From the NCBI GenBank assembly GCA_049662025.1, contig JBATAV010000419.1, positions 1 through 45,639 of the forward strand: 45,639 nucleotides of DNA. Direction: 5' to 3'. Below, piece after piece: positions 1 to 10,158 of the stretch. A model generated the notes under the pieces. The model had not been told where the DNA came from, ran no database searches, and was given only the letters and a program-made list of their open reading frames with translations. This DNA is from Paracoccaceae bacterium. GTDB lineage: Bacteria > Pseudomonadota > Alphaproteobacteria > Rhodobacterales > Rhodobacteraceae. Position 1 is the stretch's first letter; each line of letters begins with the position of its first letter. The position numbers were made by a program, and so were the translations under genes.

Positions 1-1180
<1,180 letters not shown>

Positions 1181-1209
1181 GCGTCGGGAACCCTTGTCTT
1201 TGCCCGCGA

Positions 1210-1238
1210 CTTATAGCGGTTTGACCCGTGAATGTCAC
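1210..1238 (-). promoter_or_regulatory. Putative sigma70 promoter for gyrB
   Basis: Minus strand GTGACA-17 bp-TATAAG, ending ~30 bp upstream of the gyrB ATG. Confidence 0.55.
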
Positions 1239-1261
1239 GCGCAGGCCACAAGATTTTGTGG

Positions 1262-1882
1262 TCAGAGGAAGGGGATAACCAGCCCCACACAGATCAGGAG
1301 GATGCCCGAGCCGGTGTTCATCCGGTGCATGGCGGCAGGGCTGGACAACAGCCGCCGCGCGCGGTCGAGGAACAGCGCCAGGCCAAGGTTTCCGGCCATC
1401 GGAACCAGCGCGGAAACGGCGATGATGGCGGCGATATCGGGGCGGGTCAGGCGTTCCAGCGTGAAGAAGCCGGGCAAGGCACCCATGTAGAACAGGATCG
1501 CCTTGGGGTTGCCGATCACGGCGGCGACACCAACCGAGAACCCGGCCCAAAGCCCTGGTCGGGTCAGGCGGCTGTCCGGCTTCAGCGTTGCGCCGGGCTT
1601 GCGGATCAGCATCACGCCCATCAGCAGGAAGATTGCCGCCGCGACCCAGCGCAGGACCGACAGGAAATCGCCATAGGCAGTTTCGATCCAGCTTAACCCA
1701 AGGATGGCGGCCAACGGCCAGACCAGATCGCCCAGCGCCACGCCCACCGCCAAGGGCCAGGCTGCGGCAAAGCCGCCCGACAGGGCGCGGGCGGTCAGCG
1801 CCACCCAGACCGGGCCGGGCACCGCCCAAAGGCCCGCCATGCCAAGGGCATAAAGTGCTATTTCGTGCAGCGAGATGGTCAT
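1262..1882 (-). CDS. LysE/RhtB family translocator
   Basis: MTISLHE...VPGP...G.ALGD...NPKAILFY motifs, hydrophobic helices; ATG at 1882 overlaps the upstream stop (ATGA). Confidence 0.9.
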   Translation of the reverse strand: MTISLHEIALYALGMAGLWAVPGPVWVALTARALSGGFAAAWPLAVGVALGDLVWPLAAILGLSWIETAYGDFLSVLRWVAAAIFLLMGVMLIRKPGATLKPDSRLTRPGLWAGFSVGVAAVIGNPKAILFYMGALPGFFTLERLTRPDIAAIIAVSALVPMAGNLGLALFLDRARRLLSSPAAMHRMNTGSGILLICVGLVIPFL

Positions 1883-2301
1883 GGCAAAGTGAGCGAGCCG
1901 TCTTCGGCCAAGGGCCAGAACGGGTTCATCGCCACTTCCCAGACATGCCCGTCCGGGTCCGCCCAATAACCCGAATAGCCACCCCAGAACACCTTTTCCG
2001 GCGCTTTCAGCGCGGTACCCCCGGCGGCGAGGGCAGCAGCAAAGGCCTTGTCCACCTCGGCTTCCGTGGAAAAGTTTTGCGCCAGCGTAACGGCGCCGGT
2101 GCCCAGCGCCGCGCCCGGCCGACCCTGATCTGCAGCCAGCGCATCAATTCCGAACAGACCCAGTACGGCACCGTGCATCTGGTAGAAGGCAACACCTTCG
2201 GTGCCATCGCGCTCTGCCCAGCCAAGTCGGCCGTAAAACGCCTTGGATGCGGCCAGATCGGCAACGCCGAGGGTGATCAGGGTAACGCGCTGCGGTGTCA
2301 T
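1879..2301 (-). CDS. VOC/glyoxalase family protein
   Basis: ITLGVADLAASKAFY...FWGGYSGYWADPDGHVWEVA. Confidence 0.92.
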   Translation of the reverse strand: MTPQRVTLITLGVADLAASKAFYGRLGWAERDGTEGVAFYQMHGAVLGLFGIDALAADQGRPGAALGTGAVTLAQNFSTEAEVDKAFAAALAAGGTALKAPEKVFWGGYSGYWADPDGHVWEVAMNPFWPLAEDGSLTLP

Positions 2302-3386
2302 GGCTGAACCAGGCTGAGGCCACCCTCTTCGGTGACGGCAAAGCTTTGCCCGCGGTCGCCGAGACTGTCAAACAATCCAGGCTCGGTCCCGGTCATCAAA
2401 GCCTGCGCGCCAAGGGCACAGATCTCGTCATAGAGCGCGGCGCGGCGGTCGGCATCCAGATGGGCGGCGACTTCGTCCAGCAACAGGACGGGTGCGCGGC
2501 CCAGATCGGCGGCCAGCGCACGGGCATTGGCGAGGATCAGACTGATCAGCAACGCCTTCTGTTCGCCGGTGGAGCTCTGGTCAGCCGGAACGCCCTTCGG
2601 CGCATAGATTGCGGCAAGGTCCGCACGATGCGGGCCGATCAGAGTACGCCCCGCCGCCATGTCGCGGCGCCGGGTTTCGGCCAGCGCCACGACCGGGTCG
2701 TCAGGTGCATCTTCGGGATTTATGACCGATAGTTCGGAAACGGGAAAACTGCTCTCTGAACTTTCTTGCGCCAGCATCACCCGCCGCACTGCAGCCAGCC
2801 GGTTGGCGGTGATCTGCGCCCCGGTTTCGGCCATCCGCGCCTCCAGTGCGGCATACCAATGCGCGTCCCGGACCTGATCCTTCAGCAGCCTGTTTCGGTC
2901 ACGCATGGCTTTTTCATAGGAAATCACCGCCTCGGCATGGCCGGGCGTGAAGGATAGCGTCATCCGATCAAGAAATCGGCGGCGGCCTTCCGCGGATTCG
3001 ATCCACAGCCGGTCCATCGCCGGGATCAGCCAAAGGACGCGAAGGATGCGGCCAAGGGACACTTGCCTTGCGGCCTTGCCGTCGATCCGCGTCTGACGCG
3101 GATCCGACCCTTCGGCCCAGGTCTCAACCAGACTATTGCCGATCAAACCGAACACTTGTGCGGTTATCTTCCAACCAATGGAATCGGGCTTGCGGGCAAG
3201 GTCTTCGGCCGCAGCGCGGCGCAGGCCGCGACCGGGCGAAAGCAGGGAAACCGCTTCGAGAATATTGGTCTTGCCCGCCCCGTTCGGACCATGAATTGCA
3301 GCCGGTCGCCCATCGAAAACCAACCGCGTGGCACGGTGGCTGCGGAAATGGGAAAGCGTCAGCGCGGTGATGGCAAGACCGCTCAC
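2298..3386 (-). CDS. recF: DNA replication/repair protein RecF
   Basis: FRSH, Walker A GPNGAGKTNILEA, GPHRADL, STGEQK, LLLDEVAAHLD; downstream of dnaN. Confidence 0.97.
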   Translation of the reverse strand: MSGLAITALTLSHFRSHRATRLVFDGRPAAIHGPNGAGKTNILEAVSLLSPGRGLRRAAAEDLARKPDSIGWKITAQVFGLIGNSLVETWAEGSDPRQTRIDGKAARQVSLGRILRVLWLIPAMDRLWIESAEGRRRFLDRMTLSFTPGHAEAVISYEKAMRDRNRLLKDQVRDAHWYAALEARMAETGAQITANRLAAVRRVMLAQESSESSFPVSELSVINPEDAPDDPVVALAETRRRDMAAGRTLIGPHRADLAAIYAPKGVPADQSSTGEQKALLISLILANARALAADLGRAPVLLLDEVAAHLDADRRAALYDEICALGAQALMTGTEPGLFDSLGDRGQSFAVTEEGGLSLVQP

Positions 3387-3397
3387 GCCTCTCTCCC

Positions 3398-3447
3398 CTT
3401 CATCCTGGCAAAAATACTCTGGGGGATCCGGAGGGCTGGCCCCCCGG
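3398..3447. repeat. REP-like intergenic palindromic element
   Basis: CTTCATCCTGGCAAAAATACTCTGGGGGAT followed by hairpin CCGGAGGGC-TG-GCCCCCCGG; resembles (from memory) a dispersed intergenic repeat of Rhodobacteraceae; single copy in this window. Confidence 0.5.
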
Positions 3448-3456
3448 CCGGACCGA

Positions 3457-4575
3457 TCAGACGCGCATCGGCATCACGACATAGACCGCGCTGGTGTCAT
3501 TGCCTTCGCGCATCAATGTGGGGTCGCCGGACGAATTGAACAGGAACACCGCATTCTCGCGGTCAACCTGGCTGGCGATTTCCAGCAAATACTTGGCGTT
3601 GAAGCCGATTTCCAGCCGCTCGTCGCTGTAGGCTACAGCCAGTTCTTCCTCGGCGGCGCCGCTGTCGGGGGCGTTCACCGACAGGATCAGACGATCTTCA
3701 TCCAGGCTCAGCTTCACTGCGCGCGAGCGCTCGGAGGACACGGTCGCCACACGGTCCACGGCACGCGCGAATTCGCTGGCATCCACCTCCAGCCGTCGGG
3801 TGTTGCCGGTGGGGATGACGCGGGTGTAATCGGGGAAGGTGCCGTCAATGACCTTCGAAGTCAGGGTGATGGCAGGCGTGGCGAAACGGATCTTGGTCTC
3901 GGACACCGAAACGGCAATCTGCATGTCGTCATCGTCCAAGAGCTTGCGCAGTTCGTTCACGGTCTTGCGCGGTACGATCACGCCGGGCATGCCTTCGGCC
4001 CCGGCAGGCAGCGGCGCGTCGATGCGGGCCAGACGGTGGCCATCGGTGGCGACACAGCGCAGCACCTGGCCCTCTTCGCCTGCGGCGACGTGCAGATAGA
4101 CACCGTTCAGGTAGTAGCGGGTTTCCTCGGTCGAAATGGCGAATTTCGCCTTGTCGAAAAGCCGCCGCAGCACTGGGGCGGGGGCAGAGAAATTGGTGGT
4201 GTATTCCGATGAGGCCATCACCGGAAAATCTTCTTTCGGCAGCGTAGCAAGGCTGAAGGTCGATCGCCCGGCAGCAACCGTCAGACGGCCCGAGGCGGCA
4301 TCTTCAGCCAGGTTCACCAGCGCGCCATCGGGCAGCTTGCGGATGATCTCGTGCAGCATCACGGCCGAAACGGTGGTCGCCCCGCCGCGTTCCACCATGG
4401 CCTCGGCACGGTCGATGACCTCGATGTCCAGATCGGTGGCGCGGAAGGAGACATTCGCGCCCTCGGCCTCGATCAACACGTTTGCCAGGATCGGAATGGT
4501 ATTGCGGCGTTCCACCACAGATTGCGCCTGAGCCAGCGCCTTCAGAAGCGTGCCGCGTTCGATCGATAGTTTCAT
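3457..4575 (-). CDS. dnaN: DNA polymerase III beta clamp
   Basis: RRNTIPILANVL, ATDLD, ETRYYLNG, VATDGHRLA, FPDY, GFNAKYLLE, VVMPMRV. Confidence 0.98.
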   Translation of the reverse strand: MKLSIERGTLLKALAQAQSVVERRNTIPILANVLIEAEGANVSFRATDLDIEVIDRAEAMVERGGATTVSAVMLHEIIRKLPDGALVNLAEDAASGRLTVAAGRSTFSLATLPKEDFPVMASSEYTTNFSAPAPVLRRLFDKAKFAISTEETRYYLNGVYLHVAAGEEGQVLRCVATDGHRLARIDAPLPAGAEGMPGVIVPRKTVNELRKLLDDDDMQIAVSVSETKIRFATPAITLTSKVIDGTFPDYTRVIPTGNTRRLEVDASEFARAVDRVATVSSERSRAVKLSLDEDRLILSVNAPDSGAAEEELAVAYSDERLEIGFNAKYLLEIASQVDRENAVFLFNSSGDPTLMREGNDTSAVYVVMPMRV

Positions 4576-4614
4576 CGTTCTTCCCCCTGCCGGACCCCCA
4601 ATGAAGGGACGCCG

Positions 4615-4642
4615 ACATTACCCGGCTTTCGCCGGTTCACAA
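4615..4642 (-). promoter_or_regulatory. Putative sigma70 promoter for dnaN
   Basis: Minus strand TTGTGA-16 bp-TAATGT; the spacer contains a CCGGC-GAAA-GCCGG hairpin. Confidence 0.45.
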
Positions 4643-4695
4643 GCGTTTCCGCGCGACTTTGGGTGTGTTTCCGGGGGCCGTCAAGGCCACCCGGC

Positions 4696-6057
4696 CTAGC
4701 TTTGCAGCAGCCGCCGCAACAGTTGCAGATCATCCGCAAGTTGGCTGTCCAGGGCCATCAGCTCTTCGATCTTGCGCACGCCATGCATGATGGTGGTGTG
4801 ATCGCGCCCGCCAAAGCGGCGGCCGATTTCAGGCAGCGACCGCGGGGTAAGCTGTTTGGCCAGATACATTGCCACCTGACGCGGACGGGCGATGGTGCGC
4901 AGGCGTTTCGGCCCGATCATGTCGGCCAGGCGGATGTTGTAATGCTCGGCCACCTTGCGCTGGATTTCCTCGATCGTCAGCTTGCGGTCGCTGGCGCGAA
5001 GGATGTCGGCCAGGCAGTCCTGCGCCAGATCCAGGGTGATTTCGCGGCCCACAAGGCTGGCAAAGGCAAAAAGGCGGGTCAGTGCGCCTTCCAGCACGCG
5101 GACGTTGGTGGTGATGCGGTGGGCCAGGAATTCCAGAACGCCCGACGAGATCTGCAAGCCCTTGTACTGGCCGCGGTAGAAATCGACCTTCTGTTGCAGG
5201 ATGCCAAGGCGCAGTTCGTAATCGGTCGGGTGCAGGTCAACCACCAGACCGCATTGCAGGCGGCTCTTGATGCGGTCTTCCAGATCCTTGATCTCGCCCG
5301 GAGCGCGGTCAGCCGAGATGACGATTTGTTTGTTCTGATCGACCAAAGCATTGAAGGTATGAAAGAATTCTTCCTGTGTGCTGTCCTTGCCGGCGATGAA
5401 TTGCACGTCATCGACCATCAGCACATCGACCGAGCGGAACAGCGATTTGAAATCCATGATCTGCTTGTCGCGCAGCGCCTGGATGAAGCGGTACATGAAC
5501 TGTTCGGCCGAGAGATAAAGCACGCGGAGGTCCGGGCGGCGGGCCTGCAATTCATGCGCGATGGCGTGCATCAGGTGCGTCTTGCCCAAGCCGACCCCAC
5601 CGTAAAGAAACAGCGGGTTGAAGGTGACCGGCCCGCCCTCGGCCACCCGGCGGGCAGCGGCATGGGCCAGTTCGTTGGGCTTGCCGACAACGAAACTGTC
5701 GAAAGTGAAACGCGCGTCCAGCGGCGCACCGGGCAGGTCATCGTCTGATGCGGGCTTGGCCCGAGCAGTGACCGGCTTGCTGCCATTGGTCCGTGCCTCG
5801 GCGGTCTTCGGCGCGGCGGCGACGACCGAGAACTCGACCCGGTGAACTTCGGCGCCGACGGTCAGCAGTTGGGAGCGAATCTGGTCAGCATAGTTGCGCT
5901 GAACCCAATCGCCGAAAAAAGTGGTGGGAACTTCGAAATGCGCAACGCCGTTTTTCAGCCGGGCAAACCGCAGCGGCTCGATCCAGGTCACATAGTTGTT
6001 CTTGCCGACCCGCTTCATCAGCGCTTCGCGGGCTTGTCCCCAAGTCTCGTTCGTCAT
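4696..6057 (-). CDS. dnaA: Chromosomal replication initiator DnaA
   Basis: FTFDSFVVGKPN, NPLFLYGGVGLGKTHL, DDVQF, QEEFFHTFN, RPRQVAMYL, GGRDHTT; likely start MTNETW at 6057 (the track start at 6315 is too long). Confidence 0.98.
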   Translation of the reverse strand: MTNETWGQAREALMKRVGKNNYVTWIEPLRFARLKNGVAHFEVPTTFFGDWVQRNYADQIRSQLLTVGAEVHRVEFSVVAAAPKTAEARTNGSKPVTARAKPASDDDLPGAPLDARFTFDSFVVGKPNELAHAAARRVAEGGPVTFNPLFLYGGVGLGKTHLMHAIAHELQARRPDLRVLYLSAEQFMYRFIQALRDKQIMDFKSLFRSVDVLMVDDVQFIAGKDSTQEEFFHTFNALVDQNKQIVISADRAPGEIKDLEDRIKSRLQCGLVVDLHPTDYELRLGILQQKVDFYRGQYKGLQISSGVLEFLAHRITTNVRVLEGALTRLFAFASLVGREITLDLAQDCLADILRASDRKLTIEEIQRKVAEHYNIRLADMIGPKRLRTIARPRQVAMYLAKQLTPRSLPEIGRRFGGRDHTTIMHGVRKIEELMALDSQLADDLQLLRRLLQS

Positions 6058-6523
6058 CTCTGCTCGATCCACATTTCCCCCCTCGCGCCAAGAGCGCCGA
6101 GGAGATCCCCCCAAACCACACGCAATCCACAAAATGGTACAGGAAGACCATTGCCCCCGAAGGCGACTGTGGTCTTCAATCCGTGTCCGGTCAGGACTGG
6201 AAAGACCAGCGAGGCGGCGATTGGCGCGCACCAACTGACCCTTCAGGCCGCAACGCCGCAAGCGCCGTCGCAACCCATTGTTCGCAAACAAAAATCGCTT
6301 ATTATGGGCAAGCAACCCGATGTTCTATGGCAGCGCGATTTCGGTTTGCGACCACAACATGTCCCCCAAGACGAAGTGAATCGCAGGGTGACGCTAACGC
6401 GCTGTCCGCAGGCTCTGCAACCGAACATCGCGCTTGACAGAGATTCAGTTGCTGCGAATCCGAAGGGTCGTGCAATTCGGCAACGCGAGGCGTTTTGATC
6501 GTTTCCGGGAAGGAGAAAATGCG

Positions 6524-6560
6524 AAAGGGGACGCAACCGGAAATGGCTGCGCCCCCCTTT
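6524..6560 (-). terminator. Intrinsic terminator of rpsT
   Basis: Minus strand GGGGGCGCAGCC-ATTTCC-GGTTGCGTCCCC-TTT, starting 22 bp after the rpsT stop. Confidence 0.7.
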
Positions 6561-6582
6561 GGATTGCGAGATTCCGTTCGAC

Positions 6583-6855
6583 TCAGGCCTTGGCGGCCAA
6601 GCCCTTCACGCGCGACGCCAGGCGCGACATCTTGCGCGCCACGGTGTTCTTGTGCAGCACACCCTTGGTAACGCCGCGTGCCAGTTCCGGCTGGGCGTTC
6701 TTCAGCGCGTCGGCGGCAGCGCCTTGGTCGCCCGAGGCAATGGCCTCTTCGACCTTGCGCAAGAAGGTGCGGATGCGCGAGCGGCGGGCCTTGTTGACGT
6801 CATGGCGCGCCTCGGATTGCTTGGCGCGTTTCTTGGACTGGGCGGTATTTGCCAT
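6583..6855 (-). CDS. rpsT: 30S ribosomal protein S20
   Basis: [15 protein letters not shown]...[10 protein letters not shown]...[16 protein letters not shown]. Confidence 0.97.
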   Translation of the reverse strand: MANTAQSKKRAKQSEARHDVNKARRSRIRTFLRKVEEAIASGDQGAAADALKNAQPELARGVTKGVLHKNTVARKMSRLASRVKGLAAKA

Positions 6856-7017
6856 GGGCTGATCGTTCCTTGCGGTCTTTTCAATGTCTTCGCACGAAAA
6901 CCCCAAGGCCCCGTCCGGGAATGCTTCCGGAGGACGGGATTGATACTTGCCTAAGCGGGCCCACGCGCATGTAAGTCGGGCCTATAGGCCATCCGGCGCG
7001 GAAAGGGAACAGGAAAA

Positions 7018-7794
7018 TCAGCGGTCGCGGAACTGCGGCTGGCGCTTTTCCAGGAAGGCGGCCATGCCCTCTTTCTGGTCCTCGGTGGCGAAGGCGGCGT
7101 GGAACAGGCGGCGTTCGTGCAAAAGCCCCTCGGCGAGGGAGGTTTCCTGCGCCCGGTTCACCGCTTCTTTCACCAGCATTGCGGTGATCATGGATTTTTC
7201 GGCGATGCGGGTGGCGATCTTCCGGGTTTCCTCGATCAGCGATTTGGCCGGGTAGACGCGGGACACCAGGCCGCAGCGTTCCGCCTCGGCGGCCTCCATG
7301 AAGCGTCCGGTCAGGTGCATGTCCATCGACTTCGACTTGCCGACGAACCGGGTGAGTCGCTGGGTGCCGCCCATGCCGGCGGGGATGCCAAGGTTGATTT
7401 CAGGCTGGCCGAATTTGGCGGTATCGGCGGCAACGATGAAATCGCACATCATCGCCAGTTCGCAGCCGCCACCCAGGCAATAGCCCGAGACGGCGGCAAT
7501 CATCGGTTTGCGAACACGGGCGATGGCATCGGTTTCGGGGCCGAAAAGGTTATCGAAGAACACGTCGGCAAAGGATTTCTCTGCCATTTCACGCACATCC
7601 GCTCCGGCGGCAAAGGCCTTTTCCGAGCCGGTCAACACGATGCAGCGGATCTTGTCATTGGCATCCGCAGCGGTCACCGCCTCGGCCAGTTCGCGCATCA
7701 GGGTTGTGTTCAGCGCATTCAGGGCATCGGGGCGGTTCAGGCGGATGAGGGCGGTGTAGTCCTCGATCTCGACGATGAGCGTTTCGTAGGCCAT
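7018..7794 (-). CDS. Enoyl-CoA hydratase
   Basis: [50 protein letters not shown]. Confidence 0.95.
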   Translation of the reverse strand: MAYETLIVEIEDYTALIRLNRPDALNALNTTLMRELAEAVTAADANDKIRCIVLTGSEKAFAAGADVREMAEKSFADVFFDNLFGPETDAIARVRKPMIAAVSGYCLGGGCELAMMCDFIVAADTAKFGQPEINLGIPAGMGGTQRLTRFVGKSKSMDMHLTGRFMEAAEAERCGLVSRVYPAKSLIEETRKIATRIAEKSMITAMLVKEAVNRAQETSLAEGLLHERRLFHAAFATEDQKEGMAAFLEKRQPQFRDR

Positions 7795-7854
7795 GGCAGG
7801 CTCCGCCGTTTCACGTTGCGGCGGACTCCTAGCAGTGTTGCGGCAGAAGGCAAG

Positions 7855-8706
7855 TCATCGCTGACAGCGCGGACAGAAGAAGGTGGAGCGGCCGGATTGC
7901 ACGATGCGGGCGATGGTGCCGGTGCAGCCGGGCGTGGTGCAGGGCTGACCCTCGCGGTCGTAGACGCGGAAAGCATGCTGGAAGTAGCCCAGTTCGCCGC
8001 TGGTCTGGCGGTGGTCGCGCATGGACGATCCGCCGGCTTCGATGGCTTCGGCCAGCACCTCGCGGATGATCGGCACAAGGCTGGCGGTGCGTTTGGCCGA
8101 CAGCTCACCCGCAAGCTGCTGGGGCGAGATGCGGGCGCGGAACAGGACCTCGCAGACATAGATATTGCCAAGGCCGGCGACGAGGTGCTGATCCAGCAAC
8201 GCCGCTTTGATCGGCGTGCGGCGGCCCTTCAGCGCAGCGGTCAGATAGGCGTCGTCGAAGGTGTTGCCCAGCGGTTCGGGACCAAGCGAGGCAAGCAGCG
8301 GATGTGTCTCTGCACCTGCGGTTTGCAGCAGATCCATCGCACCAAAGCGGCGCGCATCGTTGAAGGTGATGCGGGCGCCCGAGTCCATTGTCAGGACGAC
8401 ATGGTCGTGCTTTTGCGGCGCCGGGTGGTCGTGGTGGAACGTCCCCAACATGGCCCCAGAGACCAGCATCCGCCCCGACATACCCAGATGGACAAGCAGG
8501 CTTTCACCCGAGGACAGGTCGGCCAGCAGGTATTTCGACCGCCGCCGCAGGGCCAGCACGCGCTGCCCGGTCAGCCTTTCGGCCATACCGTCGGGCAGGG
8601 GCCAGCGCAGATCGGGGCGATTGACCTGCGCATGGGCAATCAAACGGCCCTCCATCACCGGGAGGAGGCCGCGGCGGACGGTCTCCACCTCGGGCAGTTC
8701 GGGCAT
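7855..8706 (-). CDS. mutM: Formamidopyrimidine-DNA glycosylase
   Basis: N-terminal MPELPEVE (start 8706), [22 protein letters not shown]-terminal zinc finger C..C...CPRCQ. Confidence 0.98.
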   Translation of the reverse strand: MPELPEVETVRRGLLPVMEGRLIAHAQVNRPDLRWPLPDGMAERLTGQRVLALRRRSKYLLADLSSGESLLVHLGMSGRMLVSGAMLGTFHHDHPAPQKHDHVVLTMDSGARITFNDARRFGAMDLLQTAGAETHPLLASLGPEPLGNTFDDAYLTAALKGRRTPIKAALLDQHLVAGLGNIYVCEVLFRARISPQQLAGELSAKRTASLVPIIREVLAEAIEAGGSSMRDHRQTSGELGYFQHAFRVYDREGQPCTTPGCTGTIARIVQSGRSTFFCPRCQR

Positions 8707-8707
8707 C

Positions 8708-9136
8708 TCAGACCTCGCGGAGGGCCTTGCGGGCGGCTTCTTTCGGCTGGGCATAGCCCACGACATACTTGTAGGCCTGAATGACCGTGCCGTCACGGAA
8801 ATGGAAGACCAGATACCAGCCCTGCTTTTCCACCGCGGCATCAAGATCGCGCCATTTGCAGGTGGTGCGGTCGAACCACCAGCGCGGTAGGGTGATGGTG
8901 TCACGGTCGTAGGTGATCTCATAGACCGGTGCATGCATCGCAAGATAGACGACAAAGGCCAGGATCAGCACCTCTGGCCCGATCGCTTCGGCGCTCATCT
9001 GGATGCTGAAATATGCCAGCATCGCGGTGACGCCCCAGAACAGCAGTTTCAGCCCCAGGGTGGAGCGACGCCGGCGCGTGCCCAGCGTGTCGGGTGCCAC
9101 GGCCCGATAGCCGATCAGCGAGATCAGCCGCGACAT
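8708..9136 (-). CDS. Hypothetical membrane protein (2 TM helices plus small beta-rich domain)
   Basis: 142 aa with two hydrophobic stretches; stop 1 bp before the mutM start. Confidence 0.7.
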   Translation of the reverse strand: MSRLISLIGYRAVAPDTLGTRRRRSTLGLKLLFWGVTAMLAYFSIQMSAEAIGPEVLILAFVVYLAMHAPVYEITYDRDTITLPRWWFDRTTCKWRDLDAAVEKQGWYLVFHFRDGTVIQAYKYVVGYAQPKEAARKALREV

Positions 9137-9145
9137 GGAATCCTG

Positions 9146-9295
9146 TCAGCCAGCCTCTGTTACGCCGGGAAAAAGCCCCGGCGTCACCCGGTTGCGCAGC
9201 GCGATGGCGAGCACGACTCGCAGCAGGAACAGCGCGATGCCTGCACCAGTCGCCCAAATCGGAGTTGTCGCGAATCTGGCGAGTTCGTCCTGCAT
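9146..9295 (-). CDS. Small hypothetical membrane protein (~49 aa)
   Basis: [36 protein letters not shown]...; one TM segment followed by basic residues; ends 9 bp before the next ORF. Confidence 0.45.
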   Translation of the reverse strand: MQDELARFATTPIWATGAGIALFLLRVVLAIALRNRVTPGLFPGVTEAG

Positions 9296-9408
9296 CCGGC
9301 CTGCCCTTGTGTCGTCACAGCCGCGTGCTGCGGCAGATTGCGGTTTCCCTTGTGGCGCTTGCGGCGCTATATCCCCGACGGATGACAATTTTCGGGCGAA
9401 GGCTGGAC

Positions 9409-10158
9409 ATGACCGGCGAGGACAAGACCACGCATTTCGGGTTTCGTGATGTGCCCGAGGCCGAAAAGGCCAGGATGGTGCACGGCGTCTTTTCGCGCGT
9501 CGCCAGCAAATACGACGTGATGAACGATCTGATGTCGGGCGGTGTTCATCGGCTGTGGAAGGACGCGATGATGGACTGGCTGGCGCCGCGGCCCGGTCAA
9601 CGGTTGCTGGACGTGGCCGGGGGCACCGGCGATGTGGCGTTTCGGTTCCTGAAACGCGCGCCAGGGGCTGCGGCGGTGGTTTGCGACATGACCGAGCCGA
9701 TGCTGATCGAAGGCCGCAAGCGGGCGGAAGCCGAGAAGATGGCGGCCAGCCTAGACTGGGTGGTGGGTGATGCGATGGCCTTGCCGTTCGAGAGCAATTC
9801 GTTCGACGTTTACACGATTTCCTTTGGCATCCGGAATGTGACGCGGATTGCCAATGCCCTGGCCGAGGCTTACCGGGTGCTGCGCCCCGGCGGGCGGCTG
9901 ATGGTGTTGGAGTTCAGCCAGATTCCGAACGATCTGATGCAAAAGGCCTATGACCTTTACTCGTTCAACGTGATCCCGGTGATGGGGCAGATCGTGGCGG
10001 GCGACCGCGACAGCTATCAATATCTGGTCGAATCGATCCGCAAGTTTCCCGATCAAGAGACCTTTGCCGGCATGATCCGCGCAGCGGGGTTCGGTCAGGT
10101 GAAATACCGCAACATGACGATGGGCATCGCCGCCCTGCATTCGGGCTGGAAGCTTTAG
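9409..10158 (+). CDS. ubiE: Ubiquinone/menaquinone C-methyltransferase
   Basis: [51 protein letters not shown]. Confidence 0.97.
   Translation: MTGEDKTTHFGFRDVPEAEKARMVHGVFSRVASKYDVMNDLMSGGVHRLWKDAMMDWLAPRPGQRLLDVAGGTGDVAFRFLKRAPGAAAVVCDMTEPMLIEGRKRAEAEKMAASLDWVVGDAMALPFESNSFDVYTISFGIRNVTRIANALAEAYRVLRPGGRLMVLEFSQIPNDLMQKAYDLYSFNVIPVMGQIVAGDRDSYQYLVESIRKFPDQETFAGMIRAAGFGQVKYRNMTMGIAALHSGWKL

Noticed and set aside
4663..5748. 361-aa plus-strand ORF
   Set aside because: Antisense shadow of dnaA
6058..6315. N-terminal extension of DnaA in the ORF track
   Set aside because: Not DnaA-like; domain I similarity starts at MTNETW
6058..6582. Possible oriC upstream of dnaA
   Set aside because: Only two imperfect boxes and no extended AT-rich unwinding element; better explained as promoter/leader
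7099..8784. 561-aa plus-strand ORF
   Set aside because: Antisense to enoyl-CoA hydratase and mutM; no recognisable motifs
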